In this document: positions 26,761-36,342 of the stretch, piece after piece
Numbering within the stretch: position 1 is the first letter of the stretch
How the letters are laid out: each line of letters starts with the position of its first letter
Assembly: GCA_001303785.1 (NCBI GenBank)
Contig: LJUJ01000009.1
Span: forward strand, 43,569-107,568
Direction of reading: 5' to 3'
Length of the DNA: 64,000 bases
From: a candidate division WOR_3 bacterium SM23_42
GTDB lineage: Bacteria; Hydrothermota; Tepidihabitantia; SM23-42
Program-made: the position numbers and the translations under genes
Notes under the pieces: model-generated
What the model was told of the DNA's origin: nothing
Databases searched by the model: none
Seen by the model: only the letters and a program-made list of their open reading frames with translations

Positions 26761-28560
26761 ATGAGTATTAGATGGCGAAGTTGTTGGGACGCTGATCCAC
26801 AGATTCACGGGCTTTTAAAAGAGAGTGATAATCTTGAGCTGGCTAGGGAAAGATTAGTGAGGCATCTTGAAGAGTTGGACTGGGTGTACCGTCGTGATGT
26901 CGATAAGGCAGTCGAGTCATGGAGGTATATTTTGATCAAAGAATCTGTGCGCTGCATGAAGAATATTATTTCTCAGAGAAATGAGCGTTTAGCCGAAACG
27001 TCACCAATAAAATACTTATGGACCGCAGCGAGAACAGGGGATGCCGAGGTTAGTGATGATTTCATTGAAGAATTAACGCATCTTTTTAAGGCGATAAACG
27101 GGCGTGCAGAAGTCTATCCACCTCACTTCATGCGCGGTCTCAGATCGCCTGATTTTGAGAAATACAAAGGAAGAGCGGCTGCCCAGAAACGCTCGGCTTT
27201 TCTTGAACGAATTGGCGAGCGTATGGAGGAATACCTTTCGAAGTACCCTAGCGGCTTGGTGCCTGAGATCATAGAAAGACGCGCTAGGAATAAGCGGCGG
27301 ATTCTTGATATTTTGAAGGCAAGTAACAAGGATTGGAATAGCTGGCGATGGCAGTTCAATAACGTTTTCAAGGATAAGACCGGATTTGAGGTAATCAAAA
27401 AAGCGATAAGGTTGACCCTCGATGAAGAACGTGGCATTAGACTAGCCATCGAAAACAGAGTTCCATTTGGCGTCACTCCACACTATCTCCACCTCATGGA
27501 CCAGGAACCCAGTGAGATTGATTTTGCGGTGAGGAGGCAGGTATTCCCGCCACCGCATTATGTTAGGGCAATGATGGAGCACCGAAGGGATAGGAAGATC
27601 GTCTTCGATTACATGCGTGAGCGTGATACTTCCCCGCTCAAGCTTGTTACGCGCCGTTACCCACGGGTCGCGATTATGAAACCCTACGATTCATGCCCGC
27701 AGATTTGTGTCTATTGTCAACGAAATTGGGAAATCACTTCACCGTTCTATGTGGGAGCGGGGGCGGCACATGAAGATATGGAGGCGGCGATTGATTGGTT
27801 TGCTGAACACAAAAGCATTATGGATGTGCTAATCACCGGAGGGGATCCGCTCGTCATGGACGATGAGAAAATCGACTACATTCTGCAACGCTTTTCTCAA
27901 ATACCGCACATCCGTAATATCAGGTTAGCAACGCGTATACCGATAACCGTGCCCCAGCGAGTGACCGACGAATTGTGCAACATTTTTTCAAAATACTACG
28001 AACTTGGAAAACAAACGCTATGCATGGTTACACATTTCTCTCATCCCTATGAGGTCACATTTGAAACTGCCCGAGCGATAAAGCGCGTCAAGATGCACGG
28101 CCTGCATGTTTATAACCAGGAGGTATTCGGTTTTGCAAATAGCCGGCGATTTGAGACTGCGGCCCTCAGGATTGCAATGAAACAGATCGGGGTGGATCCG
28201 TACTACATTTTTAATATGAAAGGTAAAACGGAGATTGAAGATTATGCTGCTCCTGTGGCACGAATTCTGCAAGAACAGAAAGAAGAGGCTCGACTCCTGC
28301 CCGGTGTCTTCAGGACCGATGAGGCAGTATTCAACGTGCCGTTTCTGGGCAAAAATTACCTGAAAGCCTGGCAGGAGCATGAACTCATATCCATAGCACC
28401 CGATGGCAGAAGGATATATTCCTTTCACCCTTGGGAGAAAAACATTGCAAAAACCAAACCCTATATTTACACCGATGTTACGATAAAAGACTACCTCGGC
28501 AAATTAGAGGCGCGCGGTGAGGATTTGGATGATTACAAGAGTATTTGGTATTACTATTGA
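26761..28560 (+). CDS. KamA-family (lysine 2,3-aminomutase-like) radical SAM protein with ~190-aa N-terminal extension
   Basis: 599 aa. KamA-type entry motif WNSWRWQFNN...VTPHYLHLMD. Radical SAM cluster motif CPQICVYCQR. ITGGDPL. Confidence 0.8.
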   Translation: MSIRWRSCWDADPQIHGLLKESDNLELARERLVRHLEELDWVYRRDVDKAVESWRYILIKESVRCMKNIISQRNERLAETSPIKYLWTAARTGDAEVSDDFIEELTHLFKAINGRAEVYPPHFMRGLRSPDFEKYKGRAAAQKRSAFLERIGERMEEYLSKYPSGLVPEIIERRARNKRRILDILKASNKDWNSWRWQFNNVFKDKTGFEVIKKAIRLTLDEERGIRLAIENRVPFGVTPHYLHLMDQEPSEIDFAVRRQVFPPPHYVRAMMEHRRDRKIVFDYMRERDTSPLKLVTRRYPRVAIMKPYDSCPQICVYCQRNWEITSPFYVGAGAAHEDMEAAIDWFAEHKSIMDVLITGGDPLVMDDEKIDYILQRFSQIPHIRNIRLATRIPITVPQRVTDELCNIFSKYYELGKQTLCMVTHFSHPYEVTFETARAIKRVKMHGLHVYNQEVFGFANSRRFETAALRIAMKQIGVDPYYIFNMKGKTEIEDYAAPVARILQEQKEEARLLPGVFRTDEAVFNVPFLGKNYLKAWQEHELISIAPDGRRIYSFHPWEKNIAKTKPYIYTDVTIKDYLGKLEARGEDLDDYKSIWYYY

Positions 28561-28627
28561 TGTTTTCTGACGAAGATAGCATGGAGATGTGGACAATGGG
28601 TGTACGCATTGATTTCCTTGGAGGCTC

Positions 28628-29569
28628 GTGTCGATACTGAAGAGCCTTCTGGCTGGAGACAAGAGGGCGATCGCCCAGACGATAAGCATGGTTGAGAACG
28701 ATATCGACACCGCAATCTTGGAGAGAATTTTCAGACATACGGGCAGAGCCTATCACGTCGGAATCACGGGGCCGCCCGGTGCCGGAAAGTCCACATTGGT
28801 GAATGCGATTTCTAAGAGGCTACTGAAGAAAAACAAAAAGATAGGTATAATTGCCGTAGATCCTACGTCGCCTTTTTCGGGTGGTGCCCTACTCGGTGAT
28901 CGTGTACGCATGACCGATTTGGCACTACACGAGAATATCTTCATCAGGAGTATGGCGTCACGTGGCAGCTTGGGTGGTCTCGCACAGGCAACCAAGGATG
29001 CCGCCCTCGTGCTCGACGCAGCTGGTATGGATTACATCCTTATCGAAACAATAGGTGTGGGTCAGGTGGAATTGGATATTGCCGAGGTATGTGATACGAC
29101 GGTGGTTGTATTAGTACCCGAGTCCGGTGATAGCATTCAGGCCATGAAAGCGGGTTTGCTGGAAATCGCCGATATCATGGTTGTTAACAAGGGTGATCGT
29201 GAAGGCTGTGAGCGACTCGTTACAGAATTGAAATTTGCCCTCGAGATGAGGGAACAGAAAAGCGGCTGGCCTTATCCGATTATGAAGACAACTGCGACTA
29301 AGGACGAAGGAATTGAGGAACTCGTGTCGGCGGTAGAATCACATGCTGGTCATCTGGTTAAAACTGGCAGTCTGGAGAAGGAGAGGAAATCTAAATTGCT
29401 GTTGCGGGTACACGAGTTGATTGAGCAGAAGATAAGGTTACATCTCAGGGAAAGTTTCATTCGGGAAAACGAACTTGTGAAGTTGGTGGATAGAATATAC
29501 AAGCGTCAACTTAGTCCCTATCGTGTTGCTGAAAGAATCACGAAAGAACTCGTCAGGAGTAGCCGATAG
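28628..29569 (+). CDS. meaB: Acyl-CoA mutase-associated G-protein chaperone (MeaB/ArgK family)
   Basis: 313 aa with P-loop [13 protein letters not shown], and motifs [30 protein letters not shown]. Confidence 0.85.
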   Translation: MSILKSLLAGDKRAIAQTISMVENDIDTAILERIFRHTGRAYHVGITGPPGAGKSTLVNAISKRLLKKNKKIGIIAVDPTSPFSGGALLGDRVRMTDLALHENIFIRSMASRGSLGGLAQATKDAALVLDAAGMDYILIETIGVGQVELDIAEVCDTTVVVLVPESGDSIQAMKAGLLEIADIMVVNKGDREGCERLVTELKFALEMREQKSGWPYPIMKTTATKDEGIEELVSAVESHAGHLVKTGSLEKERKSKLLLRVHELIEQKIRLHLRESFIRENELVKLVDRIYKRQLSPYRVAERITKELVRSSR

Positions 29570-29577
29570 GAGGTTTA

Positions 29578-31209
29578 ATGAAAAGAGAAGAATGGGACAA
29601 GAAGTTAGGAACGTGTAAGGAAAGAAATTTCGAATTCACAACTGTATCCGGGTTGCCGACTAAAGTAGTCTATACGCCCGATGATATTACCGGCTTTGAA
29701 CACGACCGAGACCTGGGTTATCCGGGAGAATTCCCTTATGTACGGGGTGTTTACACGAACATGTACCGCGGCCGCTTGTGGACGATGCGGCAGTTCTCTG
29801 GTTTCGGCACGCCTAGGGATACGAATAAACGCTACAAGTATCTGTTGAAGCACGGTCAAACCGGACTTTCGGTGGCTTTCGATTTTCCCACGCTTTATGG
29901 CCGGGATTCTGATGATTCATTTTCTCGTGGCGAGGTCGGTAAGTGTGGCGTGGCGGTGGATAGCTTGCGGGATATGGAAATTCTTTTCTCCGGGATACCA
30001 CTCGACAGAATATCGACCTCAATGACAATCAACCCTCCGGCCGCGATGCTTCTCGCAATGTATATTGCAGTCGGAGAGAAACAAGGAGTGCCGCCGCGTG
30101 TTCTGACCGGGACTATTCAGAATGATATGCTAAAGGAGTATCAGGCTCAGAAAACTTGGATCTATCCGCCCAAGCCATCGATGAGGATCATTACGGATAT
30201 CCTTAAGTATTGTTCAGAAAAAGTCCCGAGATGGAATACGATTTCGATTTCTGGGTATCATATTCGCGAAGCGGGCTCGACTGCCTTACAAGAGCTTGCG
30301 TTCACTTTGAAAAATGGATTCACTTATGTTGAACACGGAATGGCCGCTGGGTTGCCCGTCGATAAGTTTGCACCACGCCTTTCTTTCTTCTTCAATGCGC
30401 ACCTGGATTTCTTTGAGGAGATCGCGAAATATCGAGCCGCACGTAGGATCTGGGCGCACATGATGCGCGAGAAATTTAATGCTCAGGATCCGCGTTCATT
30501 TTTGATGCGCTTTCATACCCAGACTGCAGGTTGTACCTTAACCGCGCAGCAGCCAGAAAACAACATTATGCGTACTGCATATCAGGCGCTTTCGGCGGTG
30601 CTCGGTGGTACGCAGTCCTTACACACTAATTCGATGGATGAGACATACGCCTTACCAACTGAGAAGGCAGTAAAGATTGCCTTGCGTACGCAACAACTAC
30701 TTGCATATGAGACTGGTGTTGCACATACCATTGATCCACTGGGCGGTTCATATTATGTTGAGGCGCTGACCAACGAGTTAGAGAAGGGTGCTAACGAATA
30801 CTTCGAGAAGATCGATAGGCTTGGTGGCGTAATTCCGGCAATCGAAAAAGGATTCTTTCAGAAGGAAATCTCGCGAAGTGCGTACAAATATCAAAAGGCT
30901 TTGGAAAAGCACGATAAGTATCATGTCGGGGTGAATATTTTCGAGGAGGAAGAGAAACCAGGGATCGAGATATTGAAGATACCGCCTGAGGTAGAAAGGT
31001 ATCAGATAAGACAACTCCGGAAACTCAGGAAAGAACGCAACAATCGGAGAGTTAAGGAGGCTCTAGGTTTATTGCGAAAAGCGGCAAGAGACGGAGGCAA
31101 TCTAATGCCCCGAATTCTTGATTGCGTCCGCGAATACACAACATTGGGAGAGATGTGTAGTACACTGAAGGAAGAATTCGATGTCTATCATGAACCGATC
31201 ATATTCTAG
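29578..31209 (+). CDS. Acyl-CoA mutase large (substrate-binding) subunit, isobutyryl-CoA-mutase-type signature
   Basis: 543 aa, clear MCM-family TIM-barrel sequence. MCM Tyr89 (P. shermanii MutB numbering) corresponds to Phe (MRQFSGF, codon 29794-29796). Arg207 corresponds to Gln (KEYQAQKTW, codon 30148-30150). Confidence 0.8.
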   Translation: MKREEWDKKLGTCKERNFEFTTVSGLPTKVVYTPDDITGFEHDRDLGYPGEFPYVRGVYTNMYRGRLWTMRQFSGFGTPRDTNKRYKYLLKHGQTGLSVAFDFPTLYGRDSDDSFSRGEVGKCGVAVDSLRDMEILFSGIPLDRISTSMTINPPAAMLLAMYIAVGEKQGVPPRVLTGTIQNDMLKEYQAQKTWIYPPKPSMRIITDILKYCSEKVPRWNTISISGYHIREAGSTALQELAFTLKNGFTYVEHGMAAGLPVDKFAPRLSFFFNAHLDFFEEIAKYRAARRIWAHMMREKFNAQDPRSFLMRFHTQTAGCTLTAQQPENNIMRTAYQALSAVLGGTQSLHTNSMDETYALPTEKAVKIALRTQQLLAYETGVAHTIDPLGGSYYVEALTNELEKGANEYFEKIDRLGGVIPAIEKGFFQKEISRSAYKYQKALEKHDKYHVGVNIFEEEEKPGIEILKIPPEVERYQIRQLRKLRKERNNRRVKEALGLLRKAARDGGNLMPRILDCVREYTTLGEMCSTLKEEFDVYHEPIIF

Positions 31210-31248
31210 AAAATGTAGGATTACTGCGGTTATGTGTTGGGAGGTTTT

Positions 31249-31707
31249 ATGTATAAGAAAATTCGAGTGCTAGTTGGCAAGCCGGGCTTGGATGGACATG
31301 ATCGTGGTGCTAAAGTAGTTGCCGCTGCGTTGCGTGATGCAGGAATGGAAGTTGTATATACGGGTTTGCATCAGACATGCGAAAGTATCGTCGAGGCAGC
31401 GGTCCAGGAAGATGTTGATATCATAGGTCTTTCGATTCTGTCCGGTGCGCACATGACGATATTCTCCAGGATACTCAAATTACTGAAAGCAAAGAAGGCA
31501 ATAGATATATTAGTCATCGGTGGCGGGATTATCCCTGACGATGACATGAAAAGACTGCAGCGAATGGGTGTGCGCAAACTTTTCGGACCTGGAACGCCAA
31601 CATCTGAGATTGTTGATTGGATCAAAGCTAATGCCGGTAAATCCAAAAAGCGTCCCGCAAAGAAGACGAGAAGGACCAGGCGGGCTCCAAAGAAGAGCAC
31701 GAAATAG
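31249..31707 (+). CDS. Cobalamin-binding small subunit of acyl-CoA mutase
   Basis: ATG at 31249 follows GGGAGG. B12-binding DxHxxG context [13 protein letters not shown]-terminal ~23-aa Lys/Arg-rich tail. Confidence 0.85.
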   Translation: MYKKIRVLVGKPGLDGHDRGAKVVAAALRDAGMEVVYTGLHQTCESIVEAAVQEDVDIIGLSILSGAHMTIFSRILKLLKAKKAIDILVIGGGIIPDDDMKRLQRMGVRKLFGPGTPTSEIVDWIKANAGKSKKRPAKKTRRTRRAPKKSTK

Positions 31708-31731
31708 CATTTCTCTAAACTTGAACACACT

Positions 31732-32580
31732 ATGAAGTTTGGTGACGTCGAACTGTTTGTGATATCAGACGGGTACTTCTGGCTCGATGGTGGGTCCATG
31801 TTTGGGGTTGTGCCTAAAGTTCTTTGGAATAGACTTATGCCGTCGGATGAGGATAATAGAATCAGGCTCGCGCTTAATTGCCTGCTCATCAGGACAGCCG
31901 ATAAGAACGTGTTGGTAGATACTGGTATTGGCGATAAATTTGACAAGAGACTCATGGAAATATACAAGACAGAACGGGATACAAATCTACTTTCTTCTTT
32001 GACAAATCTTCGTATACAGCCGCCGGATATCGATATCGTAATCAATACCCATCTTCATTTTGACCACTGCGGAGGTAACACCCTTGAGGAGAATGGGAAA
32101 TATTTGCCTACTTTTCCCAGGGCGAAATACGTGATTCAAAAAAAGGAATGGTATGCTGCGCTGAACACGGATGAGAAAACACAATCGAGTTACCGCAGGA
32201 GTGATTTCATACCTCTCGAAGAGACGGGGCAGCTGATTTTGGTCGATGGTGAATATGAAATTGCACCTGGCGTGATGGTATTGTTAACTGATGGTCACAC
32301 GCGCGGTCATCAGTCGGTCCTCGTCACAAGTAATGCGCAGCGTGTACTCTATTTGGGCGATCTAATACCCACTACATATCATCTCAAAATACCGTATATG
32401 ACAAGCTATGATCAGTACCCGGTCGCTCTCGTCGCGTGCAAGAAAGAAATCATCAAGAAGGCTGTGGAGAACAACTGGTTACTTGTCTTCGAACATGACC
32501 CGAATATCACGTTTGCTCACCTGAAAGTTGAGAATGGAAGAATAATACCAGCACCGTTCACTGTGAAAAATCAAATGTAA
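31732..32580 (+). CDS. MBL-fold metallo-hydrolase
   Basis: 282 aa with the HxHxDH motif (THLHFDHCGGN) and the later GHTRGH. Confidence 0.75.
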   Translation: MKFGDVELFVISDGYFWLDGGSMFGVVPKVLWNRLMPSDEDNRIRLALNCLLIRTADKNVLVDTGIGDKFDKRLMEIYKTERDTNLLSSLTNLRIQPPDIDIVINTHLHFDHCGGNTLEENGKYLPTFPRAKYVIQKKEWYAALNTDEKTQSSYRRSDFIPLEETGQLILVDGEYEIAPGVMVLLTDGHTRGHQSVLVTSNAQRVLYLGDLIPTTYHLKIPYMTSYDQYPVALVACKKEIIKKAVENNWLLVFEHDPNITFAHLKVENGRIIPAPFTVKNQM

Positions 32581-32670
32581 TGGATAGAATACTAAAATGA
32601 TTTGTTTTATGTTTGGAACTTGTGATTTATTGGTGATGCGGTATTTGAGATTTGTAGTTTTGGAGGTTTG

Positions 32671-34218
32671 ATGAAAATAGATGATAGGTTGAAGCATCTC
32701 GAGGACCTCGAAAAGCAGGCATTGCTTGGCGGAGGAGAAAAGAGAATAAAGGCACAACACGAAAAAGGCAAGCTGACTGCTCGTGAACGAATAGATTTGA
32801 TGCTCGATAAAGGCACCTTCAGAGAAACCGACAAGTTCGTCACGCATCGTTGTACTGACTTTGGACTTGAGAAGAATAAGATACTGGGTGACGGTGTGGT
32901 AACAGGCTATGGTAAAATAGGCGGTAGGACAGTCTGCGTATTTTCTGAGGATTTCACGGTCTTCGGAGGCTCGCTGTCATTGGCTTATGCCGAGAAGATT
33001 GTCAAATTACAAGATTTATCAATGAAAATGGGATGTCCGATAATTGGTCTTAAGGACTCAGGGGGTGCGAGAATCCAGGAGGGCGTCGATAGTCTCGCCG
33101 GCTATACCTACGTGTTTTTGAGAAATGTTCTCTCTTCTGGTGTGGTACCACAAATTTCAGCGGTTATGGGGCCTTGCGCAGGAGGTGCTGTTTATTCTCC
33201 CGCAATGACCGATTTCGTCATCATGGTTACTGGTTCATATATGTTCTTGACTGGGCCTGACGTTGTTAAAGCAGCGACTCATGAGGATGTGACCTATGAG
33301 GAACTCGGTGGCGCGATGGTTCACAACGAGAAGTCTGGAGTCGCGCATTTCGCAGTTGATTCGGAATTAGAATGTATTGACTTGATTAAGAAATTGCTGT
33401 CTTATGTTCCTCAGAATAATCTCGAAGATCCGCCTTTTGTTGAGCCGACCGACGACCCAAATCGTGGTGACAAAGAGCTAGATACTATTATTCCTGATAG
33501 TCCGAATAAGCCATATGATATGCTTGACGTGATAAAAAGAGTTGTAGATAATGGCGATTTTCTGGAGGTACATAAACACTACGCGCCGAATTTGATCGTG
33601 GGTTTTGCACGGTTCAACGGCAAGGCTGTCGGTATTGTTGCGAACCAACCAGCCGTGCTTGCTGGGGTACTGGGCAGGAATTCCGGTATGAAGGGTGCTC
33701 GCTTCGTCCGTTTTTGTGACTGCTTCAATGTTCCGATAGTTACCTTCGTGGATGTTCCGGGGTTTTTGCCAGGTACCGCACAGGAATGGGGTGGCGTGAT
33801 AAAAAACGGTGCCAAGCTTCTCTACGCCTTTTGTGAAGCAACGGTTCCGAGAGTTACCGTAATAACGCGTAAAGCCTATGGTGGTGCTTATTGTGTCATG
33901 AGTTCCAAACATACGCGTGCCGATGTGAATTTCGCTTGGCCGAGTGCTGAAATTGCAGTCATGGGGCCTGATGGTGCGGTGAAAATTTTGTACAAGAAGG
34001 AGTTGAAGGAAGCCAAGGATCCAAAAGCTCTCGAGAAAAAGCTTATCGATGAGTATACTGAGAAATTTGCCAATCCTTTTGTGACTGCGAGCAAAGGTTA
34101 CATAGATGCGCTGATAAAGCCGTCCCAGACACGTCCACGGATTATTGAAGCACTTGATATGATCGACAACAAACGCGACACGAACCCACCCAGAAAACAC
34201 GGGAATATACCACTCTAA
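32671..34218 (+). CDS. Acyl-CoA carboxylase carboxyltransferase (beta) subunit, propionyl-CoA carboxylase / methylmalonyl-CoA carboxyltransferase type
   Basis: ATG at 32671 (the ORF track starts one codon earlier at TTG). About 515 aa with [40 protein letters not shown]. Confidence 0.85.
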   Translation: MKIDDRLKHLEDLEKQALLGGGEKRIKAQHEKGKLTARERIDLMLDKGTFRETDKFVTHRCTDFGLEKNKILGDGVVTGYGKIGGRTVCVFSEDFTVFGGSLSLAYAEKIVKLQDLSMKMGCPIIGLKDSGGARIQEGVDSLAGYTYVFLRNVLSSGVVPQISAVMGPCAGGAVYSPAMTDFVIMVTGSYMFLTGPDVVKAATHEDVTYEELGGAMVHNEKSGVAHFAVDSELECIDLIKKLLSYVPQNNLEDPPFVEPTDDPNRGDKELDTIIPDSPNKPYDMLDVIKRVVDNGDFLEVHKHYAPNLIVGFARFNGKAVGIVANQPAVLAGVLGRNSGMKGARFVRFCDCFNVPIVTFVDVPGFLPGTAQEWGGVIKNGAKLLYAFCEATVPRVTVITRKAYGGAYCVMSSKHTRADVNFAWPSAEIAVMGPDGAVKILYKKELKEAKDPKALEKKLIDEYTEKFANPFVTASKGYIDALIKPSQTRPRIIEALDMIDNKRDTNPPRKHGNIPL

Positions 34219-34343
34219 CCAGGAGACGCAGGAGCGCTCTGCTTGCATGAAACGCAGTACCGCTGCGTTCGCAGGACACGCTGATATGAACCGAAGACGA
34301 TACTGCGAATCCCGTAGGGGTGATACTGCATTATTAAGGAGTT

Positions 34344-35843
34344 ATGTTTAAAAAGATATTAGTGGCTAACCGTGGTGAGATAGCGGTCCGAGTGCTTCGG
34401 GCATGCCGTGAGATGGATATTGCGTCAGTAACTGTTTACTCTGATGCAGACCGTAATGCTTTGCATGCCCGGTATGCAGATGAAGTATACCATTTGGGTC
34501 CAGCTCCCGCGACTGACAGCTATTTGAGAATAGAGAGGATTATTGAGATCGCCAAGAATGCTGGTGCTGAAGCGATTCACCCAGGCTACGGATTCTTGGC
34601 CGAGAATACCGAATTCGCACGCGCGTGCGAAGATTCAGGCATTGTCTTCATCGGTCCCACATCGCAGGCCATCGAACTGCTCGGCGATAAGATTGCCTCG
34701 AAGAAGACCATGACAAAGGCAGGAATACCAGTGATTCCCGGCAGCGAGGGAGCAGTCGGCAAGGAGGACATCGCACATAGGATAGCTGCGGACATCGGAC
34801 TCCCTGTTTTAATTAAGGCAGCCGGTGGTGGTGGTGGTAAGGGTATGCGTGTGGTCCGGGATGAGAAGGATCTCTCAAGTTCAATGAAACAAGCAATGAA
34901 TGAAGCCCGGTCTGCGTTTGGTAATCCCACAATCTTCATTGAAAAATTCTTGGAATCTCCGCGGCATATCGAGTTTCAGATTCTTGCTGACAATCACGGC
35001 AATGTTGTTCATCTGTTCGAACGCGAGTGTTCAGTACAGCGGCGTCATCAGAAGCTGATCGAAGAATCTCCTTCTGCCATCATGACACCCGAATTGCGTA
35101 TCAAGATGGGCGAGGCGGCGGTAAAAGCGGTAAAGGCATCCAACTACACCAATGCCGGTACTGTTGAGTTTATGGTCGATAGGGATCGTAACTTCTACTT
35201 TCTCGAGATGAATACGCGACTACAGGTTGAACATCCGGTAACCGAGTTGATTACCGGTATTGATATTGTCAAAGAACAATTCCATATCGCTTCAGGTGAG
35301 ATACTGGAACTCAAACAGGATGATATCAAGATGAATGGCACGGCGATTGAGTGCCGGATCTCCGCCGAAGATCCCGAGAACAACTTTGCCCCCTCAACAG
35401 GCAGGATTACCGAACTCATTGAACCAGGAGGTATAGGTGTAAGGGTAGATAGTGGTATCTACGAGGGCTTCGAAGTGCCGATATACTATGATCCGCTCAT
35501 TGCGAAACTCTTGGCATGGGCACCGACTAGACAGGAAACCATCGCTCGCATGAGAAGAGCCCTTGCCGAATATACCATAAGAGGTGTAAAGACTTCCATA
35601 CCATTTCACCTGCTTGTGATGGCGCACGCGAGTTTTGTAAATGGCGATTATGATACTACTTTCATCGACAAAGTGCTTGGGAAAATTGTCTATGAGAAGC
35701 ACAATCATGAAGTTGCCGCCATTGCATCGGTGCTCCATAACATTATTAAAGGCGAGCGTGTAAGCGTTGCTAGACCAAAGAAGGGGTATTCAATCAGTCC
35801 GTGGAAGATGGCTGGTCGTCAGGCAATGATGAAGAGGGGTTGA
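34344..35843 (+). CDS. Biotin carboxylase subunit (stand-alone, no BCCP domain)
   Basis: 499 aa with MFKKILVANRGEIAVR, GYGFLAEN, KAAGGGGGKGMR, ERECSVQRRHQKLIEE, NTRLQVEHPVTE. Confidence 0.9.
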   Translation: MFKKILVANRGEIAVRVLRACREMDIASVTVYSDADRNALHARYADEVYHLGPAPATDSYLRIERIIEIAKNAGAEAIHPGYGFLAENTEFARACEDSGIVFIGPTSQAIELLGDKIASKKTMTKAGIPVIPGSEGAVGKEDIAHRIAADIGLPVLIKAAGGGGGKGMRVVRDEKDLSSSMKQAMNEARSAFGNPTIFIEKFLESPRHIEFQILADNHGNVVHLFERECSVQRRHQKLIEESPSAIMTPELRIKMGEAAVKAVKASNYTNAGTVEFMVDRDRNFYFLEMNTRLQVEHPVTELITGIDIVKEQFHIASGEILELKQDDIKMNGTAIECRISAEDPENNFAPSTGRITELIEPGGIGVRVDSGIYEGFEVPIYYDPLIAKLLAWAPTRQETIARMRRALAEYTIRGVKTSIPFHLLVMAHASFVNGDYDTTFIDKVLGKIVYEKHNHEVAAIASVLHNIIKGERVSVARPKKGYSISPWKMAGRQAMMKRG

Positions 35844-35844
35844 G

Positions 35845-36336
35845 GTGGCCTATATTGTCAATGTAGAAGACAGAGAATTCAGAGTGGATGTTGAAAAAGA
35901 AGGAAAGGAGTACACTGTTACCTTAGATGGCAAGACTGCGAATGTGGAAGTTGCATATCATGAAGGCACCCAGTTGACGCTCATCGTGAACGGTAAACCG
36001 TTTACCATAGTCATTGAATCAGAAGAACAAATCCTGGTGGACGGCGAGACGTATTCGGTTGGTGTATTTGATGAACAAGTTCGGAAATTCATGAAAGCGA
36101 CACCCGATAAGCTCCGCAAGAAAGAATTAGCAATCAAGGCGGTCATGCCCGGCCTGGTAGTTGATTTGAGTGTTCAAGAAGGTGATTCCGTCAAAACGGG
36201 CGACGGACTTCTTGTCGTAGAGGCAATGAAAATGCAGAATGAAATGAAGGCAACTAGCGACGGCGTAGTGAAGAAAATTCATGTGAAAAAGGGACAGACA
36301 GTTAATAGTGGAGATGTACTACTCCTCATCGAATAG
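35845..36336 (+). CDS. Biotin carboxyl carrier protein (biotinyl domain)
   Basis: 163 aa. GTG start 2 nt after the BC stop. Biotinylation motif VVEAMKMQNEM. Confidence 0.85.
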   Translation: MAYIVNVEDREFRVDVEKEGKEYTVTLDGKTANVEVAYHEGTQLTLIVNGKPFTIVIESEEQILVDGETYSVGVFDEQVRKFMKATPDKLRKKELAIKAVMPGLVVDLSVQEGDSVKTGDGLLVVEAMKMQNEMKATSDGVVKKIHVKKGQTVNSGDVLLLIE

Positions 36337-36342
36337 AAGCGT

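Noticed and set aside
32581-32667. Possible ninth, degenerate half-copy of the palindromic element upstream of the carboxyltransferase gene
   Set aside because: Only a short stretch (GGTATTTGAGATTTGTAGTTT) resembles the complement of the ACTAAACAATATCAAATACC box. The hallmark TTCGGATTT / AAGCAC boxes are absent. The similarity may reflect shared AT-rich composition.
32668-32670. TTG starts one codon upstream of ATG at 32668, 41998, 47104 and 53079
   Set aside because: All four occur in the context GGAGGTTTGATG (GGGGGTTTGATG at 47104). The TTG is only 1-2 nt from the SD, so the following ATG is the plausible start.
34290-34325. tRNA-like fragment (GCGAATCCCGTAGGGG resembles a T-arm/loop)
   Set aside because: There is no complementary T-stem, no acceptor stem or anticodon arm, and no cloverleaf can be drawn.
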